64,000 bases of DNA from an uncultured Candidatus Rokubacteria bacterium (GCA_963758635.1 CAVWWD010000006.1:288001-352000), one strand, 5' to 3'; numbered from the stretch's first letter, positions 20,450-32,313 are shown. The notes: generated by a model from the sequence alone, not told the origin. Translations and numbers: made by a program.

Positions 20450-22087
20450 TCAGTTCCACGGCCGCTGCTCGGGGCGCGGGATCCGCTCGGACACGTCGCC
20501 CAGCTCGTGACGGCCCGGGATGGGCTTGAACTGGCCGACACGCTTGGGGTTCACCGCCCAGTACCCCATCCCCTCGACGATGGGCACGGTCATCCAGCTC
20601 TTGGCCACGACGTCCAGCATCCGGTTGGTCGCCGCCATGCGCCGGGCGTCGTCCTTCTCCGACACCGCCTCCTCGTACGCGCCGTCGGCCTCCTTGCACG
20701 CCGCCGGGCAGTCCTTGGGATCGCCGAGCAGGTGCTGCGCCCCCGTGGACGTGAACGGCCCGACGAACCGGGGAGCGGGCTCCGGGCGCCCGGCCGTCCG
20801 GTACATCGACGCGTTGCCGACCAGGCCCTTCTGGTCGCCGCGCTCCATCGGGTTGAAGGCGCCCCACTCCACCGTCTTCATCTCGACCTTGACGCCGATC
20901 TTCTCCCAGAAGCCGGCGACCGCCTCGCCGATCTGCATCATGAACGGCGTGCCGGGGAGCGCGGTGTTGAGGAAGGTGAGCTTGAAGCCGTTCGGGTGGC
21001 CCGCCTCGGTGAGGAGCTGCTTGGCGCGGGCGGGATCGTAGCGGAGGGCTTGCTTGGACCAGGCCTCCCACCGCGGCACGTCGACGTCCGAGGAGTAGCG
21101 GAAGGTGGCGAACGGCATCGGCCACCGCGCTTCCTTCACCATGACGTGGTCGATGATCTGCTGGCGGTCGATGGCGAGCGACAGCGCCTCGCGCACCCGC
21201 ACGTCGGTGAGCGGCGAGCCCTTCACCTCGGGCCGATAGAGTCCCCAGAACTGGTAGATCGCCTGCATGGTGCCGGGCACGCTGACCACGCGCATCCCGC
21301 CGCCGCGGGCCTCCTTGATGGCCTCGGGGCCGATGCTCGCGATCGACGCCTCCCCCGTGCGCACCATGGCGAGCCGCGTCGACTGCTCGGGCACGAGGAG
21401 CAGCGTGAGCCGCTTGAACTGCGGGGTGCCGCGCCAGTGGCCGGGCACCGCCTCGTACTCGATGCGATCGCCGGGAACGGTGCGCACGAACTTCCAGGGG
21501 CCGCTGCCCACCGGCTTGTCGCGGAAGCCCTTGGCGCCGACCGCCTCGATGTACTTCTTCGGCATGACCGAGCCTTCCATGAACACCGCGCGGGACAGGC
21601 TCGCCGCGAAGTACGGGATCACGCCCTTGGTGTGGACGCGCACGGTGTGATCGTCGACCACCTCGACGCGGTCGATCGCCCGCCGGAGGGCGGCCGCGCC
21701 GGACGCGATCGACTCCGGGGACATCGTGCGCTCGAGGCTGAACTTCACGTCGTGGGCGGTGACGGGGTCGCCGTTGTGGAACTTCAGGCCCTTGCGAAGG
21801 TGGAAGGTCCAGCTCTTGCCGTCGGCGGCCCGCTCCCACTTCTCGGCCACGCCCGGCCCGACGCCGCCCTTCTCCAGGTCGAACCCCACGAGCGAGTCCC
21901 ACACCGGCGCGTGGTAGTGCGCGTGGGGCGCGCGCGTGTCGAGGATGGGGTCCATCACCTGCGCCCCGAGCGTGTCGAGCGCGATGACGAGCGTGTCCTT
22001 GTCCTGGGCGAGCGCAGCAATAGGGGCAGCCGCGAGCAGCAGGAGCGCGGCGACGCCGATGGCCAGACGCAGGGAGCGGATCCGCAT
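20450..22087 (-). CDS. ABC transporter substrate-binding protein, family 5
   Basis: Signal peptide, WTFHLRKGLKFHNGDPVTAHDVKFS, PVGSGPWKF and RVREALSLAIDR. Confidence 0.93.
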   Translation of the reverse strand: MRIRSLRLAIGVAALLLLAAAPIAALAQDKDTLVIALDTLGAQVMDPILDTRAPHAHYHAPVWDSLVGFDLEKGGVGPGVAEKWERAADGKSWTFHLRKGLKFHNGDPVTAHDVKFSLERTMSPESIASGAAALRRAIDRVEVVDDHTVRVHTKGVIPYFAASLSRAVFMEGSVMPKKYIEAVGAKGFRDKPVGSGPWKFVRTVPGDRIEYEAVPGHWRGTPQFKRLTLLLVPEQSTRLAMVRTGEASIASIGPEAIKEARGGGMRVVSVPGTMQAIYQFWGLYRPEVKGSPLTDVRVREALSLAIDRQQIIDHVMVKEARWPMPFATFRYSSDVDVPRWEAWSKQALRYDPARAKQLLTEAGHPNGFKLTFLNTALPGTPFMMQIGEAVAGFWEKIGVKVEMKTVEWGAFNPMERGDQKGLVGNASMYRTAGRPEPAPRFVGPFTSTGAQHLLGDPKDCPAACKEADGAYEEAVSEKDDARRMAATNRMLDVVAKSWMTVPIVEGMGYWAVNPKRVGQFKPIPGRHELGDVSERIPRPEQRPWN

Positions 22088-22273
22088 GGAGTCGATCCTC
22101 CTGGATGCCAAGGGGAAATCCGGTAGATCCCGACGAGCGCGCGTATTTTCGCCGGGCCATCGGACCGGTGTCAAGGCGCGCCCGGAAGCGGGCGTCGCGC
22201 GGGAGGGATCGGTCGGGCGCGACTCCGCCCTCTCAAGTGCTACAGTCGGAAGCACCGAGAGGAGATCGTCGCC

Positions 22274-23221
22274 ATGTCGCGCACCGGGGCCACGTCGCCC
22301 ACCCGCCCGTCCGGCCAGGTCATCGAGCATCCCGTGCTCGACCGCATCGGCCACACGCCGCTCGTGACGCTCGCCCGCATCCCGCGCGCGGGCCTCGGCG
22401 TCCACGTGAAGCTCGAGGCCGCGAACCCCGGCGGGAGCGTCAAGGACCGCGCCGGCCGCGCCATCGTGCTGGACGCCTTCGAGCGCGGGTGGCTGCCCGG
22501 CCGCCGCCTGCTCGACGCGACCAGCGGCAACACCGGCATCGCCTACGCCATGCTCGGGGCCGCGCTGGGCTTCGGCGTGACGCTGTGCCTGCCCGCGTCG
22601 GCCAGCGTGGAGCGCAAGCGCATCATCCGCGCGTACGGCGCCGAGGTGATCGAGACCGACGCGGGCGAAGGCTCGGACGGCGCGCAGCGGAAGGCCGCGG
22701 AGCTCGCGGCCGCCCACCCCACCCGCTTCGCCCACGTGGACCAGTACGCCAACCTCGCCAACCCGCGCGCGCACGAGACCGGGACGGGCCCGGAGATCCT
22801 CGAGCAGCTCGACGGCCGCGCGCTCGACGTGTTCGTGTCCGGCCTCGGCACCAGCGGCACCTTCGTCGGCGTCTCGCGCTTCCTGCGCCGCGCGAGCCCG
22901 AGCACGCTGCGCGTGGCGGTGGAGCCGGACGACGGCCTCCACGGCATCGAGGGCCTCAAGCACATGGCGACGGCCATCGTGCCGCCGATCTTCGAGCCGG
23001 AGCTGGCCCAGCGTCGCGAGAGCGTCACCACCGAGGAGGCCTACGCGATGACGCGGCGCCTGGCCCGCGAGGAAGGGCTGCTGGTCGGCGTCTCGTCGGG
23101 CGCCGCGCTCGTGGCCGCGCTCCGCGTCGCCGAGGCCACGGCGGCGCGCACCACCGTCGTCATCTTCCCGGACGGCGGCGAGCGCTACCTCTCCGAGAGC
23201 TTCTGGGACGACGAGGGCTGA
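22274..23221 (+). CDS. PLP-dependent cysteine synthase family protein (CysM/CysK-like)
   Basis: [15 protein letters not shown] (PLP lysine), TSGNTG, GLGTSGT and [10 protein letters not shown]. An extended -10 TGCTACAGT lies at 22238. Confidence 0.92.
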   Translation: MSRTGATSPTRPSGQVIEHPVLDRIGHTPLVTLARIPRAGLGVHVKLEAANPGGSVKDRAGRAIVLDAFERGWLPGRRLLDATSGNTGIAYAMLGAALGFGVTLCLPASASVERKRIIRAYGAEVIETDAGEGSDGAQRKAAELAAAHPTRFAHVDQYANLANPRAHETGTGPEILEQLDGRALDVFVSGLGTSGTFVGVSRFLRRASPSTLRVAVEPDDGLHGIEGLKHMATAIVPPIFEPELAQRRESVTTEEAYAMTRRLAREEGLLVGVSSGAALVAALRVAEATAARTTVVIFPDGGERYLSESFWDDEG

Positions 23222-23231
23222 CGGCGACGGC

Positions 23232-24002
23232 ATGCGCATCCACGCCCTGACCGGCGGCTACCTCGACGTCGACGCGACCTCGTTCTTCGCCGACGGCACC
23301 ACGCGGCCGCGCTGGACGGTGCCGATCCCCTGCTGGCTCGTCGTCCACCCGCGCGGCACGCTCCTCTTCGACACCGGTATCCATCGGGACGCGCGCGTGG
23401 ATCCGGTGGGGCGGCTCGGCGCGCCGCGCGCGGCGCGCTTCGGCATCCGGTCCGGCGCCGCGGACGACGTCACCAGCCAGCTCGCGCTCCTCGGCCTCGG
23501 CGCGGACGACGTCGGGCTCGTCGCGAACTCGCACTTCCACTTCGACCACTGCGGCGGCAACGAGTTCTTCCCCCGCGCCGCCTTCCTCGTGCAGAAGCGC
23601 GAGATGGACGCCGCGCGCGCCCCCGCCGGCGCCTTTCCCGGCTACGCGCCGAGCGCCCGCGACTTCGACCATCCGCTGGACTATCGCCTGATCGACGGCG
23701 AGCACGACGTGTTCGGCGACGGCCAGGCGGTGCTGTTCCCCACCATCGGCCACACGCCCGGCCACCAGTCGCTGCGGATCCGCGAGGGCAAGGGCCCGGA
23801 CCTGGTCCTCACCGCCGACGCCTGCTACACGCGCGAGAACATGGACCGCGACGTCCTGCCCAACGTGCTCTGGGACGCGAAGGAGATGTCGCGCTCGCTG
23901 GCCCAGCTCCGCGACCTCCGCGACCGCCACGGCGCGCGCGTGATCTACGGTCACGACCCCGCGCAGTGGCAGGAGATCCCGCGGGCTCCCGCGTCCCTCT
24001 GA
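23232..24002 (+). CDS. N-acyl-homoserine lactonase family metallo-beta-lactamase
   Basis: [14 protein letters not shown] (HXHXDH), GHTPGHQ, ADACY and YGHD. Confidence 0.88.
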   Translation: MRIHALTGGYLDVDATSFFADGTTRPRWTVPIPCWLVVHPRGTLLFDTGIHRDARVDPVGRLGAPRAARFGIRSGAADDVTSQLALLGLGADDVGLVANSHFHFDHCGGNEFFPRAAFLVQKREMDAARAPAGAFPGYAPSARDFDHPLDYRLIDGEHDVFGDGQAVLFPTIGHTPGHQSLRIREGKGPDLVLTADACYTRENMDRDVLPNVLWDAKEMSRSLAQLRDLRDRHGARVIYGHDPAQWQEIPRAPASL

Positions 24003-24006
24003 CAGG

Positions 24007-24692
24007 CTAGGACGCGCGTCGGACCAGCGACGCAGGAGGTTGTGGTAGCAGCTCGTGAGGGCGACCACCGAGGGGTGGTCGGGCACCGCCCGGTTGACCT
24101 GGTTGATGGCCATGTCGAGGTCGAAGAGCAGCGCGCGCTCGCCGTCGTCCCGCACCATGCTCTGGATCCAGAAGAACGAGGCGCAGCGGCTCCCGCGGGT
24201 GACGGGGTTGACGCGGTGCAGGCTCGTCGCCGGGTAGAGGATGAGGTCGCCGGCGGGGAGCTTCACCGCGTGCGCGCCGTAGACGTCCTCCACGACGAGC
24301 TCGCCGCCGTCGTACTCCTCGGGGCGCGTCAGGAAGAGCGTCACCGACAGGTCGGTGCGCACGCGGAACGGCGTGCCCGGGATCTGGCGCACGGCGTTGT
24401 CGACGTGGGCGCCGAAGGTCATCCCCGGGTCGTAGCGGTTGAACAGCGGCGGGAACACGCGCAGCGGCAGCGCGGCGGTGATGAAGAGCGGGCTCGCCTC
24501 CAGCGCGCGCACGATCATCTCGCCCATCTCCCGCGCCTCCGCGCTCCCCTCGGGGATCTGGAGGTTGTCCTTGGCCTTGGCCGACTGGTGGCCGGCGGTG
24601 ACGCGCCCGTCGACCCAGGCGGCGCGCGCCATGAGCTCGCGGCAGCGCGCCACCTGGGCCTCGGTCAGGACGGCGGGAACGTGGACGAGCAC
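24007..24692 (-). CDS. piuC: PKHD-type Fe(II)/2-oxoglutarate hydroxylase (YbiX/PiuC)
   Basis: [37 protein letters not shown] and [12 protein letters not shown] 3' indel shifts the stop. Confidence 0.92.
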
Positions 24693-24693
24693 G

Positions 24694-26873
24694 TCAGTAC
24701 CGGAAGTTCGCCGGTGAAGAGGATCGTCCGCCCCGGCGCGGGCGGCGTGTGGGCCTGGTACACGTGGTCGAAGTAGCGCGCGTCGCTGATGTTGAGGACG
24801 TTGACCCGGAACTCGGTGTTCTTCCACGGGAAGAAGGCCGACGGTCAGGTCGGCCCGCACGTACGACGGCAGCGTGTTGGTGTTGCTGGTGTTGGCCGCG
24901 CGCTCGCTCACGTAGGTCACGCCCGCGCCGACCTGGAAGTACTTGAGGAAGTCGTAGGTCGTCCAGAAGCTGAAGCTGTGCTCGGGCGCGGCGATCAGCC
25001 GCTTGCCCTGCACGGGCACGCCGCCCTGCACGTCCTTGGACTCGAGGACCTCGGTGTCCAGATACGTGTAGTTGGCGAAGATGTTCCAGTCCGGCAGCGG
25101 GCGCCCGACCACCTCCAGCTCGAAGCCCTGCGAGCGCTGCTTGCCGTCGAGCGTCTGCACGACCGAGCCCGGCTCCGCGGTGCGCGCGTCGGTCTTGTCG
25201 ATGCGGAACAGCGCGGTGTTGACGCTGAGGCGGTCCTTGATGAGCTGCCACTTGGCGCCGATCTCGTAGGAGTACGTGCGCTCGGGGTCCGTGTCCACGG
25301 TGTTGGCGGCCAGCGTGAGGGCTTCCGCCGACGGGTTGAACGACGTGCCCCACGCGAAGTAGTACGTCTGCATCGCGTTGGGCTGGACCACGAGGGCCGC
25401 GCGCGGGCTCGGCACGTCGTCGGTGCGGTCGAACTTCGTCGTGTTGCCGGTGAGCGGAGGCGCGGCTCTCGAAGTCGGCCTGGAAATGGTCGAAGCGCAC
25501 GCCGCCCAGGACCTTCAGCCACGAGAGCAGCGCGATCTCGTCGACCACGTAGAAGCTCACGGTGTTCGCGGTGGTGTTGGCCTTGGTGTTGAGGGTCTTC
25601 CGGATCGTCGAGATGTCCGGGAACATGTTCGGATTGATGAGGGTCGCCTGCGGCACCCCCGTCATCGTGAAGTTGCTGACGTCGCCTGTCTCCAGGTCGT
25701 ACTCGACGCCCGGCGGTGAGCGTGTGCTTCATGAACCAGGTGTCGAAGCGCGCGACGAGGTCGGTCTGGAAGGCGAAGATCGAGTCCTCGCGGTCGCGGG
25801 CCACGATGCCGCGGTTGACGAGGATGCTCTCGAGCGGCGTGGCCGGGGTGGGCGCGCCCACGATGCGCGGGGCCACCGCCTCCTGGTCCAGGTGGTAGTT
25901 GGCGTAGCGGAGCGTGCTGCGGAGCTTCAGGTGCTGGTTGAACTCGTGGTCGAGGCGGAGCGTGCCGATGTGAACCGTCGTCTTCTGATAGTCGTTCTCG
26001 GGCAGCCCATAGAAGTTGTTGCGGTTCACGTCGACGGGCTCGCCGAAGAGGTACGGCAGGCCGTTGTCCGGCGTGCTGTTCTCGCGCTGGTAGAGGTAGG
26101 TCATGGTCAGGCGCGTGGAGCTGCCGAGCCCGATGGCCACCGACGGGGCGAGGCCGAAGCGCTGGAAGTCCACCTCGTCGCGCCCGACGACCTCGCCCTG
26201 GTAGAAGAGGGCGTTGAGCCGCAGGCCGACCTGCTCGGTGATCGGCTGGTTGAAGTCGAGCGTGATGCGCCCCACGGGCCCGGTGCCGATGGTGCCGGAC
26301 ATGTCGTAGAACCGCTCGCGCTCCGGCGTCTTGGTCACCTGGTTGATGACGCCGCCCGTCGATCCCCGGCCGAACATGGTGGCCGAGGGCCCCTTCAGCA
26401 CCTCGATGGACTGGAGGTTGAACACGTCGCGGGTGTACGAGCCGGCGTCGCGCACGCCGTCCAGGTAGATGTCGTTGCGCGCGGAGTAGCCGCGCAGCGT
26501 GAGGTTGTCGCCCTGGGTGCCGCCCTCGCCCGCGTTCAGGCTGAGCCCGCTCACGTTGCGCAGCGCGTCGCGCATGCTGAAGACGGCCTGCTCGCGCATC
26601 AGCTCGCGCGGGATGATCGTGATCGACTGCGGGCGTGTCCTTGACCAGGTCGGGCATCTTGAAGAGGCTCGGCTCCTGGATGCGGTACTCGCGCCGCTGG
26701 GCGTTCACGTCCAGGCCCGAGCAGGGGGACCTCCTCCTGGGGCTTGTCCTGGGCGAACGCCGTTCCCGAGGTGAGGATCAGGCCGAGGCCGAGGGCGCGG
26801 CCGAGCGAGCTACGGAGACGCTGCTCGCGCCGGCGACGCGGACTTCGCGATCGGAGCGACGGAGTGGACGCAT
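24694..26873 (-). CDS. TonB-dependent siderophore receptor (Fiu/PiuA-like), split by several indels
   Basis: Plug [38 protein letters not shown], barrel strands, C-terminal aromatic residue (NFRY). Followed by piuC. Confidence 0.9.
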
Positions 26874-27139
26874 GACGTTCCTCCCGGTTCTGGACTGCGG
26901 GGCGCCGGGCTGGCGAACATGCGTCGACTCCCAGGCTGGCTGGCGCGGTGCACTGCTTTGCGAGACGAGACGAGCCGAAGGCAAGGTGAGCGCATATGGG
27001 AATGCAATGGAAACAACCGCCCACCGTGGAAAGCGACCGCCCGCGGGGCAACGGCCTCTCGAGGATCAACGTCCCGGTCCCGTGGGAACGGAGTACTGCC
27101 CGGGGGTCCGGAGCTGCCGGGCGGCGCCGCTCTCCCGGC

Positions 27140-27913
27140 TCATGGCTTCGCGGACACGACCGGCCTCGACGGTGCGCCTGCGTCTTCACCGTCGGGGTGC
27201 TTCGCCGGCGTGCTCGAACGCGGTGAGCGCGCCGGGAAGGTCCTGGAGCCGCACGCGGATGACGCCCAGGTTGAACCAGTTGCGGCCGTCGTCCTTGAGG
27301 GCCGACCGCCCTGGCGTAGGACTTCTCCGCCTCGGCCCACTCACCGGACTCGTACGGAGAGCCGGCCCGAGCGTGGACCACACCGCGGGGCTCTTGCTGT
27401 CGCGCGGCGGCGAGCTTCTCGAGCTCGGCCATCGCCGCGGGCTCCTCGCCGTTGTCGGCGAGCATGAGGGCCATGCGCAGGCGCAGCTCCTCCTGATCGC
27501 GCAGGGCGATGGCGGCGCGGTAGGCCTGGGCGGACTCCTTCGGCTTGCCGATGTGCTCGAGCGACGCCGCGAGGTCACGCTGGGCGGCGAACGAGCCCGG
27601 GTAGAGCTCGGCCGTTTTGCCGAACGACGGCGGCGGCCTCGTCCCACTTGGACTGGGCCGCGGCGGCTTGCCCGCGCACGTAGTACGCCAGCGGATGGTT
27701 CGGCATCTGGGCGATGGCCTGACTCGCGAGCTCGCCGGCCCGCGCGAAGTTCTTGTCGTTCAGCGCGTCCGTTGCCTGGCGGAGCAGATGGAACGCGGGG
27801 TCGTCCCAGATCGACTGGGCGTCCACCCGTCCCGTCCCTACGGGCACGCAGAGCGACGCCGAGCGCCAGGACTGCCCGATCGCCCGACGAGCGCGCCGCT
27901 CGACCGTCGTCAT
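27140..27913 (-). CDS. Exported tetratricopeptide-repeat protein, split by indels
   Basis: TPR-like segments ALNDKNFARAGELASQAIAQMPNHPLAYYVRGQA and WFNLGVIRVRLQDLPGALTAF. Confidence 0.7.
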
Positions 27914-28746
27914 CAGTCGTCCGCCGAGCCCGCTCTGCAGCTTGAAGCGCACGGGCAACGTGACCCATACGGTGACTGCCTCCTCTCCGCGTCGCGCCGG
28001 CTCGAACACCCAGGTCTTCACCGCGTCCATGGCGGCCCGGTCGAGGTCCGGGCTGGCCCGCGGAGCGCGTCACCGTCATCGCCGCGACGCGGCCGGTGGT
28101 CAGCACCTGGAAGCGCAGCAGCGTCTCGCCCTCGATGCCCTGCCGTCGCGCGGCATCCGGGTATCGCGGCTTCGTCTGGTACCCGCCCAGCGGGCGCGCG
28201 AACGACGTGAGGTCGGTGGGATTGCCCGTGGAGGCGCGTCTGCGCGGCCTCCCGCGGCGCCGCTCCCCTTACCCGGTCGCCGCCGCCATGGGCAGGTCGC
28301 CGGTCGAGAAGAGCTTGCCGCTGCCCGCGTGCGCGGCTCCGCTGGAGATCGCCCAGCTCGACGAGCCTCCGCCGGCGAGGAAGCGCTGGGTCGTGTCGGA
28401 CGTCTCTGGGGCGGACGGCTGGCCTCGCGCCGCGGCGCGTCCCGTCAGCAGGGCCGGCGGGCCCGACTGGGGCTGCTCCACCGGCGGCGTGACCACGCGC
28501 GGGCGCGATCGATCTTCTCGCGCCGCGCGACCGGCTTGCGGCGCGCCGGTCGGGCGGGGGCGGGCGCGGCGGCGGCTCGACCCGCACGACCTCGATGGGC
28601 GCCGGCGGCGGGAGGCGGGGCGCGGACGGCGACGAGGCCGACGACGTCGCCGCCGTCGTCAGACGCCGCGGCATGGGCCCCGAGCGACGGCCCAGATCGG
28701 GCCAGCCGAGGAATCCGGGGCACCGCCGCAGCGGCCCGCGGCTCAT
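27913..28746 (-). CDS. tonB: Energy transducer TonB, split by indels
   Basis: Pro-rich region and C-terminal TKPRYPDAARRQGIEGETLLRFQV..AMDAVKTWVFEPAR..VTLPVRFKL. Confidence 0.82.
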
Positions 28747-29266
28747 CGGCCGAGCTCCTGGCGGAGCCAGTCCTCGAGCAGGCTCTTCTCGTAGCGCAGC
28801 CGGTCGCTCGCCACGCGCACCGAGCGCGTCAGGTAGAGCGGATCGTGCGAGCGAGCGCTTGCCCTCCGGCGACGACGCGCCGCCTCGCGTCCTTGAGCGT
28901 GAACTCGAGGTCGATGCGCGGCGGATAGGCCTCGCGCATGAAGCGCGTGTGCTCGAACTGCGGGCCCCGCCACGGCTCGAACTCGCCGGCGAGGTCGAGG
29001 TCGGTCACGCGGACCTCGAGCGCCGGTCCTCGGGCAGGAGGCGACCGGCCGTCTCGCTGGAGGAACCGCGTCCAGCTCGGCGAGGATGCGCGCGGTGCTC
29101 CGGCTCCGAGCGCCGGGCGCGTCTCCTTCACGTCGGTGAATCGCTCGGGCGTCGACGAACTCCACGGTGACCCGCGCGGCCGGCGCCGGCGGCGGGCGCG
29201 GGCGAGGACGGCGAGCCGACGGCCAGCGCCGCCACGGTCACGATGGCCCCGCGCCCCTCGGATCAT
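28743..29266 (-). CDS. DUF3016-like exported protein, split by indels
   Basis: PERFTD, LEVRVTDLDLAGEFEPW, YPPRIDLEFTL and LRYEKSLLEDWLR. Coupled to exbD and tonB. Confidence 0.75.
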
Positions 29267-29687
29267 GGCCGGCGCGCGGCCTCCCCGGGCACGACGGCGA
29301 TCGCCACGCTTGCGACGCCGGCGGTGCGCGCCACGTCCACGACCTCGACGACGCGCCGGTGCTGCACGTCGCCGTCGGCGTTGATCATCACGACGAGGTT
29401 CGGGTTCGCGGACGAGCAGGCCGCGCAGGCGGCCGCCGAGCGCCGTCGGCTCGTCGTGGGCTCGCGGTTCAGGTAGGTCTGCGCCGTCCCGGGCCAGCGT
29501 GATCGCCGCGCTGTCGTCGCGCGTGGCCTGCCCGCTCTCCGCGCGCGGCAGGTTGACGGGCATGCCGCGGTACGTGGCCATGGCCAGGCTCGCCATCATG
29601 AAGAAGACGAGCAGGAAGAACACGGTGTCGATCATCGGGATGATCTCGATCCGCGCCTTCCGGGGCTCGCGGCGCGGTCAGCTTCAC
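29263..29687 (-). CDS. exbD: Biopolymer transporter ExbD/TolR, split by indels
   Basis: IEIIPMIDTVFFLLVFFM, VNLPRA and INADGDVQH. Confidence 0.9.
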
Positions 29688-30303
29688 CGCGCCGGCCTCA
29701 CCCGCCGTCCGCCAGGATCAGCTCGAGCCGGCGTCCCCTGCCCCTCGATCTCGTCGAGCGCCTGCTCGCTCCGGGCGAGGAAGTAGTTGTAGGGCACGAG
29801 CGTGACGATGGCGATGGCGAGGCCGGCCGCGGTGGCGATCAGCGCCTCGGCGACGCCGCCGGTGATGGCGTCGGCTGGTTGATGCCGGTGGTGGCCATGA
29901 TCCCGAACGCGGCGATCATGCCGGTGACCGTCCCGAGCAGGCCGAGGAGCGGCGAGAGCGTGATGATCGTGTCCAGCACGGGCAGCGCCCGCCGCATCCG
30001 CGCCGTCTCGTGCTTGGCCGCGGCCTGCATGGCGAGCGTGGGGCCGTCGTCGCGATGCTCGATGCCGGCGGCGAGCACGCGCGCCTGGGGCGCCCGCGAG
30101 CCGCGCGCGCACTCGATCGCGTCGTCCCACTTGCCGGAGGCGGCGAGCTGGAGCGCCCGCTCCACCGCCTCCGCGCCGCGGGCCCGCCACCAGAACGCGG
30201 CGCGCTCGAGGATGACGGCCAGGGACAGCACCGAGCACACCGCCAGCGGAACCATCACCGGACCACCCTTCGCCAGCGTCGCCACCACTGCGGACAGCGT
30301 CAT
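29684..30303 (-). CDS. exbB: MotA/TolQ/ExbB proton channel; one indel
   Basis: GGPVMVPL, LDTIITLSPLLGLLGTVTGMI and AITGGVAEALIATAAGL. Confidence 0.92.
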
Positions 30304-30446
30304 CGCGCAAGCCTCCTCGATCGGGACTCCCGTCCCGGGACTCGTTTCCGTGCGGTGGCTGGCTTCGCGCGGCGGGTGCCGCTCAAGGCGCGCGATGGCT
30401 GGCTGGATCGCTATTGCTGGCTTTAGGCCACGTAGTCAGACCCGTA

Positions 30447-30477
30447 TTAGGTACGGCTAACTACAGGCTCCTGTCAA
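30447..30477 (-). promoter_or_regulatory. Promoter of the exbB operon with an overlapping DtxR/IdeR-like operator
   Basis: Perfect TTGACA (30477-30472). TTAGGTACGGCTAACTACA (30447-30465) matches TTAGGTTAGGCTAACCTAA at 14/19 positions. The -10 element is unclear. Confidence 0.55.
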
Positions 30478-30572
30478 CCCCTCTTCGCGGGCTCGGGGCG
30501 GACGCCGGACATGGAGGTTGCGCGAATGGAACCGACCCCGGCGACGCGACACACCAGGAAAGGGCCTCGACA

Positions 30573-30654
30573 CCGCAACATCGGGGCCAGGTCTTGAAAT
30601 GCGACACCACCCAGTGTGGATGTCGCGGATCAAGACCTGACCCCGATGTTGCGG
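30573..30654. repeat. Long inverted repeat (family B REP/MITE-like), 34 bp arms
   Basis: CCGCAACATCGGGGCCAGGTCTTGAAATGCGACA pairs with TGTCGCGGATCAAGACCTGACCCCGATGTTGCGG (30/34 complementary). Confidence 0.85.
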
Positions 30655-30676
30655 GTCAGGCCCCGGCATTGCCGGG

Positions 30677-32129
30677 CTAGCGGGGCTGGGCGAGGACCTC
30701 GGCGGCCTGCTTCTCGACCACGGTGCCCTTGAAGAAGTCGGGGTTGACCTCGCCCCAGAAGCGGACGGCGTTGGCGAACATGAAGTCGCGGAAGTCGTCG
30801 TCGGTGAGGAGGCCGTGCTCGACCAGCTCGTAGGCCTCGGGCACGACCTCGGTCATGTCGGGCACGTCGAAGTGGCCGATGTCGGAGCTGAACAGCGCGT
30901 TGAGGCGGGCGCCCATGGGCAGCGCCTTCCGGTTGAAGGCCCACGCGTTGATCGGATCGTCGGCCTCGCAGCCGAAGTAGTAGCGCGGCACGAAGAGATC
31001 GCGGATGTCCTGCTTGCGCGTGATCTGGCAGCGCGAGTAGTCGTCGAGGTCGGCGACGCCGCCGGTGCCGTTGCCGTTGTCGTCCAGCCCCACGCCGCGC
31101 CGCACCGCGTCCAGCCACGAACGGCTGGCCGTACTTCTCGGCGAGGGCGAGCAGCATGGAGCGATCGAGCGACGCGGGGTTCGTGTTGTCCAGGGCGTCC
31201 CGGTTCCGCTTCTCCCAGTGCCCGATGAGATCCGCGAAGAGCGAGCAGGCCCAGCCCACCCCGCCTTCGAGGAACGCGAAGTTCAGCTCGGGGAAGCGCC
31301 GCGTGACGCCGCCGAAGAAGAGCGCCTTGGCCATCGCCTCGCCCGCGGAGGCGAAGTGCCCGATGTGGTTGTAGCAGAAGTTCGACGGCGAGTTCCGCAG
31401 CAGGATCGAGCGCGCGCCGTTGTGGAAGCTCGGCGCGATGCGCAGCTCGCGGCACTTCTCCCACACCGGGTCGTAGTCGTGCTCGCTGTCGATGCCGATC
31501 ACGTCGTACCACTCCACGAAGCGCGCGGCGTCGGGATGCTCCTGGACGAGGGCCGGGATGGGCCGGCGGATCAGGCCGCCCATCATCACCACGCGCAGGC
31601 CGAGCTGGCGCGAGGCGAACTCCAGCTCCTCGATGGCCTCCTCCGGCGAGTACATGGGAATGATGGCGGCGGGGATGATGCGGTCCGCGTAGGGACGGAA
31701 CTGCTCGGCGGTGAACACGTTGTAGGCCCGGCAGAGGGCGCGGCGGAGCTTCTCCGGCGGCAGGCGATAGTAGCCGAGGCCGTTCGTCGGGTAGACCACG
31801 CAGAAGTCGAGGCCGAGGTCGTCGAGGCGCTCGTACATGAGCCGCGGCATCATCGCCGTCGCGCGGTCCAGCGTGTTCCTGGTGGGCAGGAACCAGAACG
31901 CCTCCTGCCCGATCCGCCGGCGCCGGCGCTCGTCCACCGACATGCTGAGCGAGTTGGGGATGCGCGCGCTCGCGAGGTCGAGGGCCTCCACCGCGGTGTC
32001 CCCGCCGATCCGCTTGAACTCCTCCCGCATGAGCGGCAGGTACTCGGCCCAGTGGCCGTCGGCATCGACGATGGGATGGCTCAGGCGTGCACGGAGCTTC
32101 CGCGCCTCGGTGTGACCGTTGGTGGACAT
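30677..32129 (-). CDS. Amidohydrolase_2 family protein; indel near 31110
   Basis: IVDADGH, FLEGGVGW and FSSDIGHFD. Paralogue of 3358-4827. Confidence 0.9.
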
Positions 32130-32313
32130 GGCGGATCCTCCCTGATGACGCGTGGTTATGGGGCGATGATACTCGATGCGCGGCGCGCGCGTTGCGCGGC
32201 TAGTGCCGATCCAATTTGATCGGGCGAATAGAGCGGATACGCATCACGGGGTGGGCCTCTTGGCCCGGGAAGACAAACCTGAAGCGCCTCACATGGTGAG
32301 AGCAGGAGCAACA

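Noticed and set aside
20450..25415. Very long ORFs 20450-23239 and 23160-25415, and other Arg/Ala/Pro-rich shadow ORFs
   Set aside because: They are antisense or off-frame read-through caused by stop-codon scarcity at high GC, plus indels joining separate genes.
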